DNA of 27,654 bases from a virus (IMGVR_UViG_3300014613_000088:1-27654); one strand, 5' to 3'. Positions 1 through 9,114 are shown, numbered from the stretch's first letter. The notes: a model not told the origin generated them from the letters alone. A program made the numbers and translations.

Positions 1-680
1 CGTTGGGCAGTTGCGCCACCGATTTGCTCCAGTTGCTCGATCAGGTATGCCAGCCAGTAGGCTGGTTCCAGCCAGCCCAGACCCTCCCAGGAGCCGCGCT
101 CGTCCCCGCCGACATAGTGGATCAGGCGTTCGATGGGGATCTCCGGCAGATTCTTGCCAGTCGTCGGGTCCTGTTGCACCAGGCCCTGCTTAGCGCCATG
201 CTCGTCGTTGACCCACTTAGCGATGGTCTCCTGGCGAATCGGTAGCAGTTTACGAATGCCGACCAACTCATCATTCCATTTGCTGGCCGATAAATCCTTT
301 TTCCTGGGATTCTGGCCCATGCGCCGTTTCCACCAGATGACTTCGTCGGCGAACCCAAACGCCCGCGATGATAGGGCAAACCGGATGGTGCCAGCATGTG
401 ACGTGCTCATGTCGTCAATGCAGGACTGGATGAAGTCGGCGCAGGCTTGGTCGGCTTTGGAGTCGGCCGCGGGAACCACGCTCCACCGAGCAGTCGAGGC
501 AGCCAGGCCCACGGCTGACCATGTGGCGAAGGCGCCAGGCTCGCGGCGCAGGACCCGCGCCATTTTTAGGATGCCAGCTTGCCCCCGGAGAGTTTCGGCG
601 TATCTGTCCGAAAGAATCCCCTGATATTCCTCGACACCAGTAATTCCTAGAGCCGCCCATAGGTCGAATTTCTTAGCCAT
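1..680 (-). CDS. Phage portal protein, Mu gp29/DUF935-like (runs off the window; not in ORF track)
   Basis: ATG at 680 with GGGAGG RBS; open to window edge: MAKKFDLWAALGITG...IRQETIAKW...EIPIERLIHY...SWEGLGWLEPAYW; directly downstream of TerL. Confidence 0.85.
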   Translation of the reverse strand, partial: MAKKFDLWAALGITGVEEYQGILSDRYAETLRGQAGILKMARVLRREPGAFATWSAVGLAASTARWSVVPAADSKADQACADFIQSCIDDMSTSHAGTIRFALSSRAFGFADEVIWWKRRMGQNPRKKDLSASKWNDELVGIRKLLPIRQETIAKWVNDEHGAKQGLVQQDPTTGKNLPEIPIERLIHYVGGDERGSWEGLGWLEPAYWLAYLIEQLEQIGGATAQ

Positions 681-750
681 TGCGCCTCCCGTGGCACAAT
701 TATGAGGCGCCGGACGCCTTCGGAGAGTGGTTATTTATGCACATGATCAA

Positions 751-779
751 AGCATACCATGCTTTGCGTTAGAATGCAA
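751..779 (-). promoter_or_regulatory. Sigma70-type promoter for portal
   Basis: TTGCAT-17 nt-TATGCT with extended -10 TG. Confidence 0.55.
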
Positions 780-789
780 TAGACAGACG

Positions 790-2256
790 TCAACTCGGTG
801 GCTTCCAGCGACTAGACGCCCGTTTGCCGACTCCGCCAATGGCATCGAAGCTCCAGGCAGCCTGCGAACGGGCAATGCAGCAGAGGGCAAACGCCAAGGC
901 TAAATCATCGTGCAAGCCGGGTGGTGCCGAAAGTGTGTTCCCTTCCACCAGTGACAGTTCCGTGATAGTCGCAAAATCATGCAGGACTACCTCGCTATTG
1001 CGCAATTGCTCAGCAGCAGTATTGTACATCATGGTCTTGGAAAGGCTGGTGGTCAGCCAACCAGGCTTACCGTCCATGCCACTCAGGGAGGATAGTTTAG
1101 AGTGTTCGGACAGCCACAGCAGGACGGTACCTCCGTGGTTGTTCCTTTCAACCAAGGTTGGCGCGCTAAAGTACCACTGACCGACCATATCGACATAACT
1201 CGCCAACACCTTAGGTTCAACCCGCTCGCCATACGCCGCGACGTGTTCGCCGGTGTCGGCGTCCATGACTTGGAAGGCGGATGCATCGCTACCGGGGTTC
1301 CCCTCAGCGGGGTCCACACCGATCACGTAGCGATGACCGGGAGTGGGCCTGACATACACACGCAAGCCTGGAATGGCCGGTGCGCCCTGGAGCCCCAGGG
1401 CCGCGTGTTCGGCATTGCATTGCGCCAACCAAGTGGCGGCCATCCGCTTATCAAGCTCCGCAGGGGCTAACGCATCCAAATCGGTTAGCGGATATTGCTC
1501 GTGCAAGTCATCCAGCGCACCGGTGCGCGCCAGAATGTCCTTGCGCTGTTCTTCATACCAGGCGGCATCCCGTTCTGGACGGGCCGTCCAGGGCAAGAAG
1601 ATCGGCTTCCAGGTGTTCTCGTCGCGCTTGGCCGCCCGATAGATGTTTTTGAACTCGCTCTGGGGTTCGCTCTTATTAGAACGCGATAGCAATGTCAGTT
1701 GGCCTCCGCCGTCCACCGTCGGCTTGGCACGCCGCAAGAGGCTATTCAGGTCGGGGCACACATCGGCCTCATCGACCAAGCAGTAAGAGACCGTGAATGA
1801 GTCACCGGCCGTGGCCGGCAAGGCGCGAGCTATGCTACCGTTAGACAGCCCCCAGATGTGATCAGAATTAGAAGTCACCGTCAGACCAGTTTTGAATTCC
1901 GGCGGCAGGCGATCCCACATACCGCGCAAGCGTTCCTGGCCGAGCAGGTACATTGCTTCGCGGTCGCCGCGGCTGAAGATCAAGATCGTAGCGGCTGGTC
2001 GGAAAATCATCAGCCACAGCGCATAGGCCAGGCATAACCAGGTCATGCCAAGCTGGCGCGCTTTGAGAATGATCAGTAGCTTTTCGTCTGGCAGGCTTGT
2101 GGCAACCTGGCGCTGAGCCGGCCAAAGGCGGAACGGGAGCCAGTCGCGTTGGGCGGCGTCGTAGATTTGACAGTGCGCGTCCGCGAAGTACGGGAATGCT
2201 TTCCAACAGGCGGCTAATTGGATGGCGGCTTTTTGCTCAGCTATTGACAGACTCAT
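790..2256 (-). CDS. terL: Terminase large subunit
   Basis: Walker A-like KARQLGMT, Walker B CLVDEAD, RNase H-like nuclease motifs IGVDPAEG, VERN, HDDLALA; 488 aa; upstream of portal. Confidence 0.95.
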   Translation of the reverse strand: MSLSIAEQKAAIQLAACWKAFPYFADAHCQIYDAAQRDWLPFRLWPAQRQVATSLPDEKLLIILKARQLGMTWLCLAYALWLMIFRPAATILIFSRGDREAMYLLGQERLRGMWDRLPPEFKTGLTVTSNSDHIWGLSNGSIARALPATAGDSFTVSYCLVDEADVCPDLNSLLRRAKPTVDGGGQLTLLSRSNKSEPQSEFKNIYRAAKRDENTWKPIFLPWTARPERDAAWYEEQRKDILARTGALDDLHEQYPLTDLDALAPAELDKRMAATWLAQCNAEHAALGLQGAPAIPGLRVYVRPTPGHRYVIGVDPAEGNPGSDASAFQVMDADTGEHVAAYGERVEPKVLASYVDMVGQWYFSAPTLVERNNHGGTVLLWLSEHSKLSSLSGMDGKPGWLTTSLSKTMMYNTAAEQLRNSEVVLHDFATITELSLVEGNTLSAPPGLHDDLALAFALCCIARSQAAWSFDAIGGVGKRASSRWKPPS

Positions 2257-2262
2257 AAAGGC

Positions 2263-2291
2263 ATGTTATCATGGATTAAGTCGTTTTGCAA
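2263..2291 (-). promoter_or_regulatory. Promoter for a probably leaderless terL transcript
   Basis: TTGCAA-17 nt-TAACAT, extended TG, ATG 6 nt after the -10, no SD. Confidence 0.55.
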
Positions 2292-2348
2292 GGAACTAGA
2301 GAGGCATTGATGTAGTTCAGGTCGAATAGCGCGTCTAAAGGTGCAAAA

Positions 2349-2867
2349 TTGAAAAAGATCAAAGACTTCCGGGTCGCCCAGCATAACGCAAACCTTCACA
2401 CCCAACGCGGCCTAAGTGCACTGGATAAGTCGATTCGAGCTGACGGCTGGATTGGAGCTATGACAACCGCAGCCGATGGTGAGATGATCGCGGGTAGCGC
2501 ACGTCTGGAGCGAGTGGCCGATGTATTTGGAGTAGAGATTGAACCGCTGGTTATTGAGACTACGGGCCAGCAACCTATTGTAATCGTAAGAAAGGACATC
2601 CCAAACGCCACCGACCCGCGGGCGCAAAGACTTAGTCTGGCCGATAATCGCGTAGCTGAATTATCACTTGCCTGGGATCCCGAAGTCCTCGTCACCTACG
2701 ACGCCGACTTCCTGGAGTCGCTGTGGCAGCCGGAAGAGCTGAGCGCACTGGGCGACGCGTGGGTCAAAGATGTAGAATTCCCGGAGTATGACGAGTCGGT
2801 CGCAGACGGGATTGCAGTCTGTCGGTGCCCGACTTGCGGACATGAACATGCCGCTAAAAAGAATTGA
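2349..2867 (+). CDS. ParB/Sulfiredoxin-like N-terminal domain protein with C-terminal Zn ribbon
   Basis: NANLH...LDKSIRADGW...MIAGSARLE...LSLADNRVAELSLAWD pattern; ends CRCPTCGHEH; overlaps a DNA MTase. Confidence 0.75.
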   Translation: MKKIKDFRVAQHNANLHTQRGLSALDKSIRADGWIGAMTTAADGEMIAGSARLERVADVFGVEIEPLVIETTGQQPIVIVRKDIPNATDPRAQRLSLADNRVAELSLAWDPEVLVTYDADFLESLWQPEELSALGDAWVKDVEFPEYDESVADGIAVCRCPTCGHEHAAKKN

Positions 2868-3981
2868 CTATCTGCCATTCCTTGAGGCGTGCTGGCAAGA
2901 GCATCTTGCGCCCAGGGCAGCGAATGCGCCAACGGTAATCAGCACTTTTGCCGGGGCGGGTGGTTCGTCACTGGGTTACAGCATGGCCGGCTTTCGGGAA
3001 CTGCTGGCCGTCGAATGGGATGACAATGCCGTGGCAACGTTCCGGCTGAACTTCCCGAATGTGCCAGTTTATCACGGTGACATTTGCAAACTGTCGGTTG
3101 ACGAATGCCTGAGACTGGCCGGACTGATCGGGTCGGGAAAGCTTGACGTACTGGATGGTTCGCCACCCTGCACTGGTTTCTCAACTGCTGGCAAGCGCCA
3201 ATTCAGTGACACGCGCAATCAGCTATTTCGAGAATATGTTCGTCTTTTGCGAGGTTTGCAGCCTAAAGTTTTCATTATGGAAAACGTTTCAGGCATGATC
3301 AAAGGCGTGATGAAATTGATCTTTGCCGAAATCCTGCGAGAACTAAAGGCCAGTGGATATCAGGTCAGCGCCAGGTTACTGAATGCGATGTACTTCAACG
3401 TGCCGCAAAGTCGGCAACGGCTGATCTTTATTGGCGTGCGGGATGATCTGAGGATTGCGCCAAGTCACCCGGAAGCGGAGAGCAGGCCAATTGCATTAAA
3501 AGAAGTCTTGCCATCGCTGAATGGTTCGCGTTCCCAAAAGATCAATCCGATAATGGATGGTAGCCGCCCGGCGGCTACTCTTTGTAAAATGCACGCTGGA
3601 TATGAAGTTATACCAGCATTTGATGATAAATATGCACAGCCTTGGTCGCGTGTACCAATTGGCGGCAATGCTCAGGATGTAATCGGTAAAGGATATAATA
3701 ATTGTGTCAAACCAAATCCCGACAAGTGCGCGCCGACATTGCCGAAAACACAAACCGGGCGTGGTTTCGCAACGATTGCGCATCCATTGGAACCACGCGC
3801 CCTAACCATCGAAGAGGCTAAAATCATTGCATCATTTCCTGATGCATTTGCGCTGATTGGCTCATATTCCGAACAATGGGCACGGATCGGCAATTCGGTT
3901 CCGCCGCTGTTCATGCGCTCGATTGCCAGGAACGTGAGGACTGAGATACTCGACAAGCCGGGGTTGCAGTCGGCTGCATAA
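2848..3981 (+). CDS. C5 cytosine DNA methyltransferase
   Basis: Motifs FAGAGG (I), GSPPC (IV), ENV (VI), QSRQR (VIII), GNSV (X); start 2842 or 2848 is more likely than 2788. Confidence 0.95.
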   Translation: MPLKRIDYLPFLEACWQEHLAPRAANAPTVISTFAGAGGSSLGYSMAGFRELLAVEWDDNAVATFRLNFPNVPVYHGDICKLSVDECLRLAGLIGSGKLDVLDGSPPCTGFSTAGKRQFSDTRNQLFREYVRLLRGLQPKVFIMENVSGMIKGVMKLIFAEILRELKASGYQVSARLLNAMYFNVPQSRQRLIFIGVRDDLRIAPSHPEAESRPIALKEVLPSLNGSRSQKINPIMDGSRPAATLCKMHAGYEVIPAFDDKYAQPWSRVPIGGNAQDVIGKGYNNCVKPNPDKCAPTLPKTQTGRGFATIAHPLEPRALTIEEAKIIASFPDAFALIGSYSEQWARIGNSVPPLFMRSIARNVRTEILDKPGLQSAA

Positions 3982-4092
3982 CGTCTGCACTTGTCAACAA
4001 GTACCGATGTTTTGATGTGGGGAGCGATGGTGAAGTAGAAGGAAGCGAGCTTTTCGTTTCTGTGACCCTTAGTATACTGTGACAAAACAAAG

Positions 4093-4497
4093 ATGCCGAA
4101 TAATCCCAGAGCCGCAGAAAATCTAAAACCGTTCAAGAAAGGGGATCCGCGCATAAATCGAAAGGGCCGCCCAAAATCCTTCGATGCTTTGCGGGCACTT
4201 TCGCAAGAAATTGCGCATGAGCCAGCCAAAACCAAAGACGGTCAGCCTGTGGTTGTCGGCGGGCATGTAGCGACGAATGCCGAACTCATCTTGCGGCTTT
4301 GGGCATCCTCGCAGGACTTTCGCAAACAACAGGGTTTTATGGAGATTGCCTTCGGCAAGGTGCCACAGGAAACGCAGATCACGGGAGCGGGGGGCAAACC
4401 GTTGCTGAATACGCAAGATATGATCGCACTGATGGTCCAGGCTGACAAACTATTGACGGAGAATGAACCTACTTCAACTGATGGCTCCGACGCTTGA
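4093..4497 (+). CDS. Probable terminase small subunit (DUF5681-like N-terminus)
   Basis: ENLKPFKKGDPRINRKGRPK N-terminus and FGKVPQETQITGAGGKPL C-terminal motif typical of small terminases. Confidence 0.7.
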   Translation: MPNNPRAAENLKPFKKGDPRINRKGRPKSFDALRALSQEIAHEPAKTKDGQPVVVGGHVATNAELILRLWASSQDFRKQQGFMEIAFGKVPQETQITGAGGKPLLNTQDMIALMVQADKLLTENEPTSTDGSDA

Positions 4498-4743
4498 CGG
4501 CGGGCGCCCGATGCCGCACACCTCCTCGGCCACCCACAGCACTTCGCTGAGATTGTCGCTGAACAGCGCGCCGAACGGCAGGATGCGTTTCATGCCCCAG
4601 ATACAGCGCAGGTCCCAGATGCGGGTATGGTCGGCGTCAACCGCGGCCTGGCCCCACTGCGAGCAGGCTGCTTCGTAAAGCCGTTGGATAGCATCTCGAT
4701 CGACGGATATCTCGCGTTGGCGTTTCTGGCTAATTCTAGCCAC
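4474..4743 (-). CDS. Hypothetical protein
   Basis: 89 aa ORF overlapping the upstream gene's stop, AGGA RBS. Confidence 0.55.
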   Translation of the reverse strand: MARISQKRQREISVDRDAIQRLYEAACSQWGQAAVDADHTRIWDLRCIWGMKRILPFGALFSDNLSEVLWVAEEVCGIGRPPSSVGAIS

Positions 4744-4984
4744 GTGTTATTCCTTGCGATTCCTGTGCTTGCCACTGCACACGCATACCATTGCGCACGT
4801 AGTACAATTCCGCGATTTGATCGACAATCTCGTCGGATGACAACGGGCCGAGGCAGCGTTTCGCCAGCAGGCCCATCAGCGTGCGCCAGTTGGTCGCTTC
4901 GGCGCTGGTTTGCGCCAGTAACTCGGCTAACTCATCAAGTGCGGCGCGGATGTCAAGGGGTTGGTTCCCCGGTCCTTGTTTCAT
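4736..4984 (-). CDS. Hypothetical protein
   Basis: 82 aa ORF with GGAGG RBS, helical composition. Confidence 0.65.
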   Translation of the reverse strand: MKQGPGNQPLDIRAALDELAELLAQTSAEATNWRTLMGLLAKRCLGPLSSDEIVDQIAELYYVRNGMRVQWQAQESQGITRG

Positions 4985-5046
4985 GGTTCCTCCAGGTCAA
5001 GCTGTTCTGATCTTCATCGGAATAAAGTCGCGCAGACTCTCACAAG

Positions 5047-5238
5047 TTAGAGCCGCATTTTACGAGCCAAGATTTTGAGATTCGCCTCAGCCTCGATCAT
5101 GCACATGATAAATGCTGGAGCGTAGTCGTCATAGCCAGGTGTCCCTGGGTCCGTCATGATCCCTAACGCCCTAAATGCCCGATGTACTGCCGCAATGGCA
5201 ATATCCAGTTGATCATCTGCCTCAGTTCTTACGCTCAT
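5047..5238 (-). CDS. Hypothetical protein
   Basis: MSVRTEADDQ... start with GGAG RBS, ATGA overlap with upstream gene. Confidence 0.65.
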   Translation of the reverse strand: MSVRTEADDQLDIAIAAVHRAFRALGIMTDPGTPGYDDYAPAFIMCMIEAEANLKILARKMRL

Positions 5239-5711
5239 GCTTTCTCCAGGTTGGGCGGTGGCGGTACTGGTTGCCAATGGGTAGGTTCAAAGTGCAAGAG
5301 CGGATCCGTGGGCAGGCTGCAAAAGACAACCCATTTGGTCTCCCACCACATGGCAACTTGAACGTGAACACCAGCCAGTTCCGGGTCGCGTTCCCAGTTG
5401 ATCGGTTTGCCATCGGCATCATAGGCCCGACACAGCAAGACTCCCGTGCCGTCTTTCGGCGCAGTGGCAATTGGTTGCCAACCGTATTTCATTTCGACTG
5501 GCTCTGTCGGCTTCGATGGCTCGACCAGTTGTGCTAACCAAATGCCGCCGCCGAAATTCGTGAACTCCAGATTCCAGATGCGTCCCCGCATAACAAAGGT
5601 TTCGTGCTCCAATATCCACGCTCGCCGGAGCTTAGCACTGACGAAAAACTCCGGGTTATGAGACTTGCTGTTCCTAAACCAGGCTTTGAGTTCGGTGATT
5701 GTCTGAATCAT
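5235..5711 (-). CDS. Phage protein with DUF551-like C-terminal domain
   Basis: WQPIATAPKDGT...PTHWQPVPPPP signature; AAAGGA RBS before ATG 5711. Confidence 0.75.
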   Translation of the reverse strand: MIQTITELKAWFRNSKSHNPEFFVSAKLRRAWILEHETFVMRGRIWNLEFTNFGGGIWLAQLVEPSKPTEPVEMKYGWQPIATAPKDGTGVLLCRAYDADGKPINWERDPELAGVHVQVAMWWETKWVVFCSLPTDPLLHFEPTHWQPVPPPPNLEKA

Positions 5712-5791
5712 GATAGCAGTTCCTTTCGTTGACCGATTGGCATGTGTGCAAAACGTGCACGGATTCAACAACGTTTTGCATACAACGCCGT

Positions 5792-6439
5792 CTAATCTAA
5801 ATCGCTCATCTGCCCGCCACAATAAGGACAAAACGAACAATCTGTTTGCGGGAGCAAACCCTTCCATGTCGCCGCGAGTAACCTGAATTGTATGTGGCAG
5901 CGCGGACATGAGATGTCTGGCGAGTCAGGGTCGGGAATACTCGCACTAGGAACCACGGCACATGGCTGAACGTCAGCCGGCACAGCCCTATCTGTCGTCC
6001 AGGTCGGATCAGCCAACGCCTTTTTATATGCCTGTTTGCTCAACGCATCGGCTGCAGAATTCTCTTCGCGCGAGACCCACTTAATCTTACCGCGCACGCT
6101 TTTCAGGAGCGCCTGGGCTTCATTCCGTAACGGTTGCAAATGTGGTTTCCGGCACTTCCACTCCCCGGAACACAGATTGATTACTAACTGCGAATCTGTA
6201 TATAACAGGATCTCCCGCAATCCCTGCATTTCGGCCCAGGTCAACGCGGCGATCACCGCGGCAAATTCCGCGACGTTGTTTGTGGCCCCGCTTCCCTTAG
6301 CGACACAGCCCATGCCGCGCTCGATTATCCGACCGTCAACCTGAGCGACCCAGCCATAGGTAGCATATCCGCCGGGATTGCACGGGGCACATGCGCCGTC
6401 TGCGTAGATGACTACCTGAGAATTTGCGTTCATTGGCAC
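5792..6439 (-). CDS. Ribonuclease HI with C-terminal zinc ribbon
   Basis: IYADGA..NPG, TNNVAEF, TDSQLV, WVSREENSAADALS (DEDD residues); tail CPRC...CSFCPYCG. Confidence 0.9.
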   Translation of the reverse strand: MPMNANSQVVIYADGACAPCNPGGYATYGWVAQVDGRIIERGMGCVAKGSGATNNVAEFAAVIAALTWAEMQGLREILLYTDSQLVINLCSGEWKCRKPHLQPLRNEAQALLKSVRGKIKWVSREENSAADALSKQAYKKALADPTWTTDRAVPADVQPCAVVPSASIPDPDSPDISCPRCHIQFRLLAATWKGLLPQTDCSFCPYCGGQMSDLD

Positions 6440-6478
6440 CTATCAAAAGTCGGGAGAGTCCCAATTGCTTACGAACGC

Positions 6479-6507
6479 ATATTATCACAGTTTAGCCCGT
6501 TTGTCAA
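6479..6507 (-). promoter_or_regulatory. Sigma70-type promoter for RNase H unit
   Basis: TTGACA-17 nt-TAATAT with extended TG. Confidence 0.65.
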
Positions 6508-6525
6508 TAGCGGGTTTTGCCCAAT

Positions 6526-6726
6526 TTATAGACCGGCATAGTCGTATTTTACGATGCTATCCCTGGGAATTACCTCCCAGCGAATCAATGCTCGGTCAGT
6601 AGGTTCTAACCAGATCGTCATGCCATGTGCGCGCAGTACATCCAGGATACCCGCTGATATACTCTCCGTGGTTTGCGTATCAGGCACATACTCGCATGAC
6701 AGGGCCACCGTGCAATTCACGATCAT
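6526..6726 (-). CDS. Hypothetical protein
   Basis: 66 aa, GGAGG RBS. Confidence 0.65.
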   Translation of the reverse strand: MIVNCTVALSCEYVPDTQTTESISAGILDVLRAHGMTIWLEPTDRALIRWEVIPRDSIVKYDYAGL

Positions 6727-6767
6727 TCAGTCCTCCACGCTTACCAGCAGCTAATATAGAAATTGCG

Positions 6768-7238
6768 TCAAAGTTCTACATCAAGCGCGTTGCCTATTTT
6801 ATCTGGTAACTCATAGCCTCGGATATGGTATAGGAACGTCACCCATTCTCGCTCAGTAAAAGTCACCCGTTCCGGCAACCATTGCCTGGCGCAATCATTC
6901 AACGCTACTACTCGCCAACTTAAAAAGTCATCTTTGTAACGGACACCAAATACGGGTACTTGCGCGCGATCACCAAGATCAATCATCGCCTGATAGGTCG
7001 GGTGGCTGCTGTATTGCGTCTTGGCCTTCTCGTGTTTGTACTCGACCAGAGCGACAGCTTTGCCCCGGTCATACTCCAGGAAAAGAAAATCCAAGTCTAC
7101 AGCAGGGCAATCCCAGCCCCACCGGCGATGCCGCTCACTCAATCCCAGGTCGCGCCACCCTGTGCGCTCAGCGCGCACGGCTTTGCTGATAGGCTGTTTG
7201 GCAGCGCTGTTCGGCTGTGGTAATGGCTGCATGGTCAA
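6768..7238 (-). CDS. Putative PD-(D/E)XK-fold nuclease-like protein
   Basis: VDLDFL...ALVEYK spacing resembles PD-(D/E)XK; AGGAG upstream; start 7238 or 7232; overlaps the MTase 3' end. Confidence 0.55.
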   Translation of the reverse strand: MTMQPLPQPNSAAKQPISKAVRAERTGWRDLGLSERHRRWGWDCPAVDLDFLFLEYDRGKAVALVEYKHEKAKTQYSSHPTYQAMIDLGDRAQVPVFGVRYKDDFLSWRVVALNDCARQWLPERVTFTEREWVTFLYHIRGYELPDKIGNALDVEL

Positions 7239-8319
7239 GGTCAACTCCTATGAATCGGCGGCCACTAAGGAGCGCAGCAACTCCGGTTGTGCCCGCCCCA
7301 CAAAACGGGTCAAGAACTACATCGAGCGGCGTACTGAAACGGTTGACAATATCGCTCATGCCGCTAACGGACTGCCCCCACTCGTGAAAGCGCTTGTCGT
7401 TATCATTGACGGCACTACGGGCAACATCGCCAATCCAGGCACCGGTATACTCGCCGTTGACGAACCACAGCAGCGGTTTCCAGAAGGTGTTGACATTGCG
7501 CTGCCAGAGTTGCACGGCTTGGGCACCTGGTGTCAGATAGGCTGCCGTCCAGTGGTAGCGTAAATATGGCGTCATGATATTGAGGATTTCGGGCAGGTAA
7601 CTTTGACCAGTCATCACGATCAATGAGCCTCCGGGCCGCAGAATCCGGGCAGCCTGTTCGGCTAACATCCCATACAATGGGATATACTCTTGCGAATAGG
7701 GCGGGTCGGTAATGATCACGTCCACCTCGCCGGGGCTAAAGTTTTGGGAAACCTCCGCAAAGTCACCGACGATCAAACGGTACGCGTCTGTGGCAGCGGC
7801 GTCAGCGGCGAATTTTCTATTGGCTTCAAAGTCGAACTCGTATTCATCGGAATTACCTTCGTTTATTGCGGGCGCTCGCCGCGGTGCGTAGTGGGCGGGG
7901 CGGGCTTTACCATCGGCGCCGGGCAACTTATCAGAATTGATAAGTTCAATATCCTGAGCGATGCCGTGCGCTGTTCCATAACTGACGCCCACCACGTCGG
8001 CAATCTTCTGCAACGTCATACCTTGCGTTCGCAAGTGACGGATCACGTCGTCACGTTGAGAGCGGCTGAGGTGCCGCCGGTATAGGTTAAGGGAGACGAC
8101 CAGGGCTTGCGGATCGTCGCCGGTGTACTCGTTGGTGACGGGCTTGATGCCCAATTCCAGACAAGCCCGATAGCGATTGCGCCCGTCCAAGATCATGCCG
8201 TCATACAAGAGGATCGGTTCAAGCTGGCCGTGGACGGCAATGTCGGAGACAAGCGCTGCAAACTCTGGGCCCTCTAACAGCGGAAAGATATGCGAAGCGG
8301 GATGAAAAGCTAATGTCAT
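7168..8319 (-). CDS. ParB-like + HTH + beta-class N6A/N4C DNA methyltransferase fusion
   Basis: N-terminal ILDGRNRYRAC..SLNLYRRHL (ParB-like), HTH TLQKIADVVGVS, then DPPY before VLDPFCGAGTTG. Confidence 0.9.
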   Translation of the reverse strand: MTLAFHPASHIFPLLEGPEFAALVSDIAVHGQLEPILLYDGMILDGRNRYRACLELGIKPVTNEYTGDDPQALVVSLNLYRRHLSRSQRDDVIRHLRTQGMTLQKIADVVGVSYGTAHGIAQDIELINSDKLPGADGKARPAHYAPRRAPAINEGNSDEYEFDFEANRKFAADAAATDAYRLIVGDFAEVSQNFSPGEVDVIITDPPYSQEYIPLYGMLAEQAARILRPGGSLIVMTGQSYLPEILNIMTPYLRYHWTAAYLTPGAQAVQLWQRNVNTFWKPLLWFVNGEYTGAWIGDVARSAVNDNDKRFHEWGQSVSGMSDIVNRFSTPLDVVLDPFCGAGTTGVAALLSGRRFIGVDLDHAAITTAEQRCQTAYQQSRAR

Positions 8320-8477
8320 TTTGAGACCTCCGTGGTGTCAGGATGCAATTCGCGCTTGGCATACTCACGCACGGCTAGTTCAACGACGGCGGACATGCTG
8401 ATGCCTTTTGCGGTAGCCAGTGCGCGAATCAAACGCTTGGCTTCGGGAGAGAGAGTGAAAGTGGTAGGTGTTTTCAT
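8316..8477 (-). CDS. Small ribbon-helix-helix DNA-binding protein (53 aa, not in ORF track)
   Basis: MKTPTTFTLSPEAKRLIRALATAKGISMSAVVELAVREYAKRE; ATGA overlap with MTase start. Confidence 0.85.
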   Translation of the reverse strand: MKTPTTFTLSPEAKRLIRALATAKGISMSAVVELAVREYAKRELHPDTTEVSK

Positions 8478-8483
8478 GCGGAG

Positions 8484-8512
8484 ATTATACCACGAAACGC
8501 TTTACGATGCAA
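8484..8512 (-). promoter_or_regulatory. Promoter, leaderless RHH transcript
   Basis: TTGCAT-17 nt-TATAAT, extended TG, ATG 6 nt downstream. Confidence 0.75.
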
Positions 8513-8545
8513 ATATGTATTGCGCGTTTGCAAAGAGAGATTTTA

Positions 8546-9095
8546 CCAATTACCAGGGAGAGATTGGAGTCAGTGCAATTCACAGTTGGCCTGCCAAGCC
8601 AATCACCTTCACCGCAATTGGAAAAGCGAGCATAACAGGGAAAGCCGCGTAACGGAAGCAGGTGATGCCGGCGGATGCGGGAGCATTGAGGAAAGGAAAC
8701 AGGGCAGATGCTCCCCCTCGTGAGAGAGGGAGTATCAACAAGGACGACGCGGTCTGCACGTCGGTTGAGGTTTCCTGGTTGCCGGGTATTGGACCGGGAT
8801 GGGCTGTTTGTCCGCCTGCTCGCCATGTTTTTCGGAGATCGGGTTTGAGATACCGACCACCCATCAAGACCCCAGGCTTACGCCTCTGGCCGGGGAGTGT
8901 CTTACAGTTTTTCTATGCAGGTACGTCCGAGTTGTCCCCGTTGAGGGTCGCAACAGGACGTGGTTTACGCTGACCGGCGTCGGAATCTCCGGCTGTGAAC
9001 CGCTTGGAGGCGAGGCGGGGCGGCGGGATTATGTGTCACCTTCGGGCGGTCACCCGTTGGTCATGGCACGCGCTTCTCAGGGCGCGAGTGATGCC
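8546..9095 (+). ncRNA. Candidate large multi-junction structured ncRNA (~550 nt), family unassigned
   Basis: No convincing ORF; many nested complementary segments, GNRA and UUCG loops, G-U pairs consistent with + strand (see findings). Confidence 0.7.
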
Positions 9096-9114
9096 GCTAA
9101 CGTGCAAAAACGAC

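Noticed and set aside
6581-6589. CGAATCAAT matches the first 9 nt of TnpB guide 1
   Set aside because: Only 9 nt and preceded by CCCAG rather than a TGAY-like motif; compatible with chance
8688-8700. GAGGAAAG as RNase P RNA start
   Set aside because: Not followed by UCC and no matching 3' ACAGAA..CGGCUUA element
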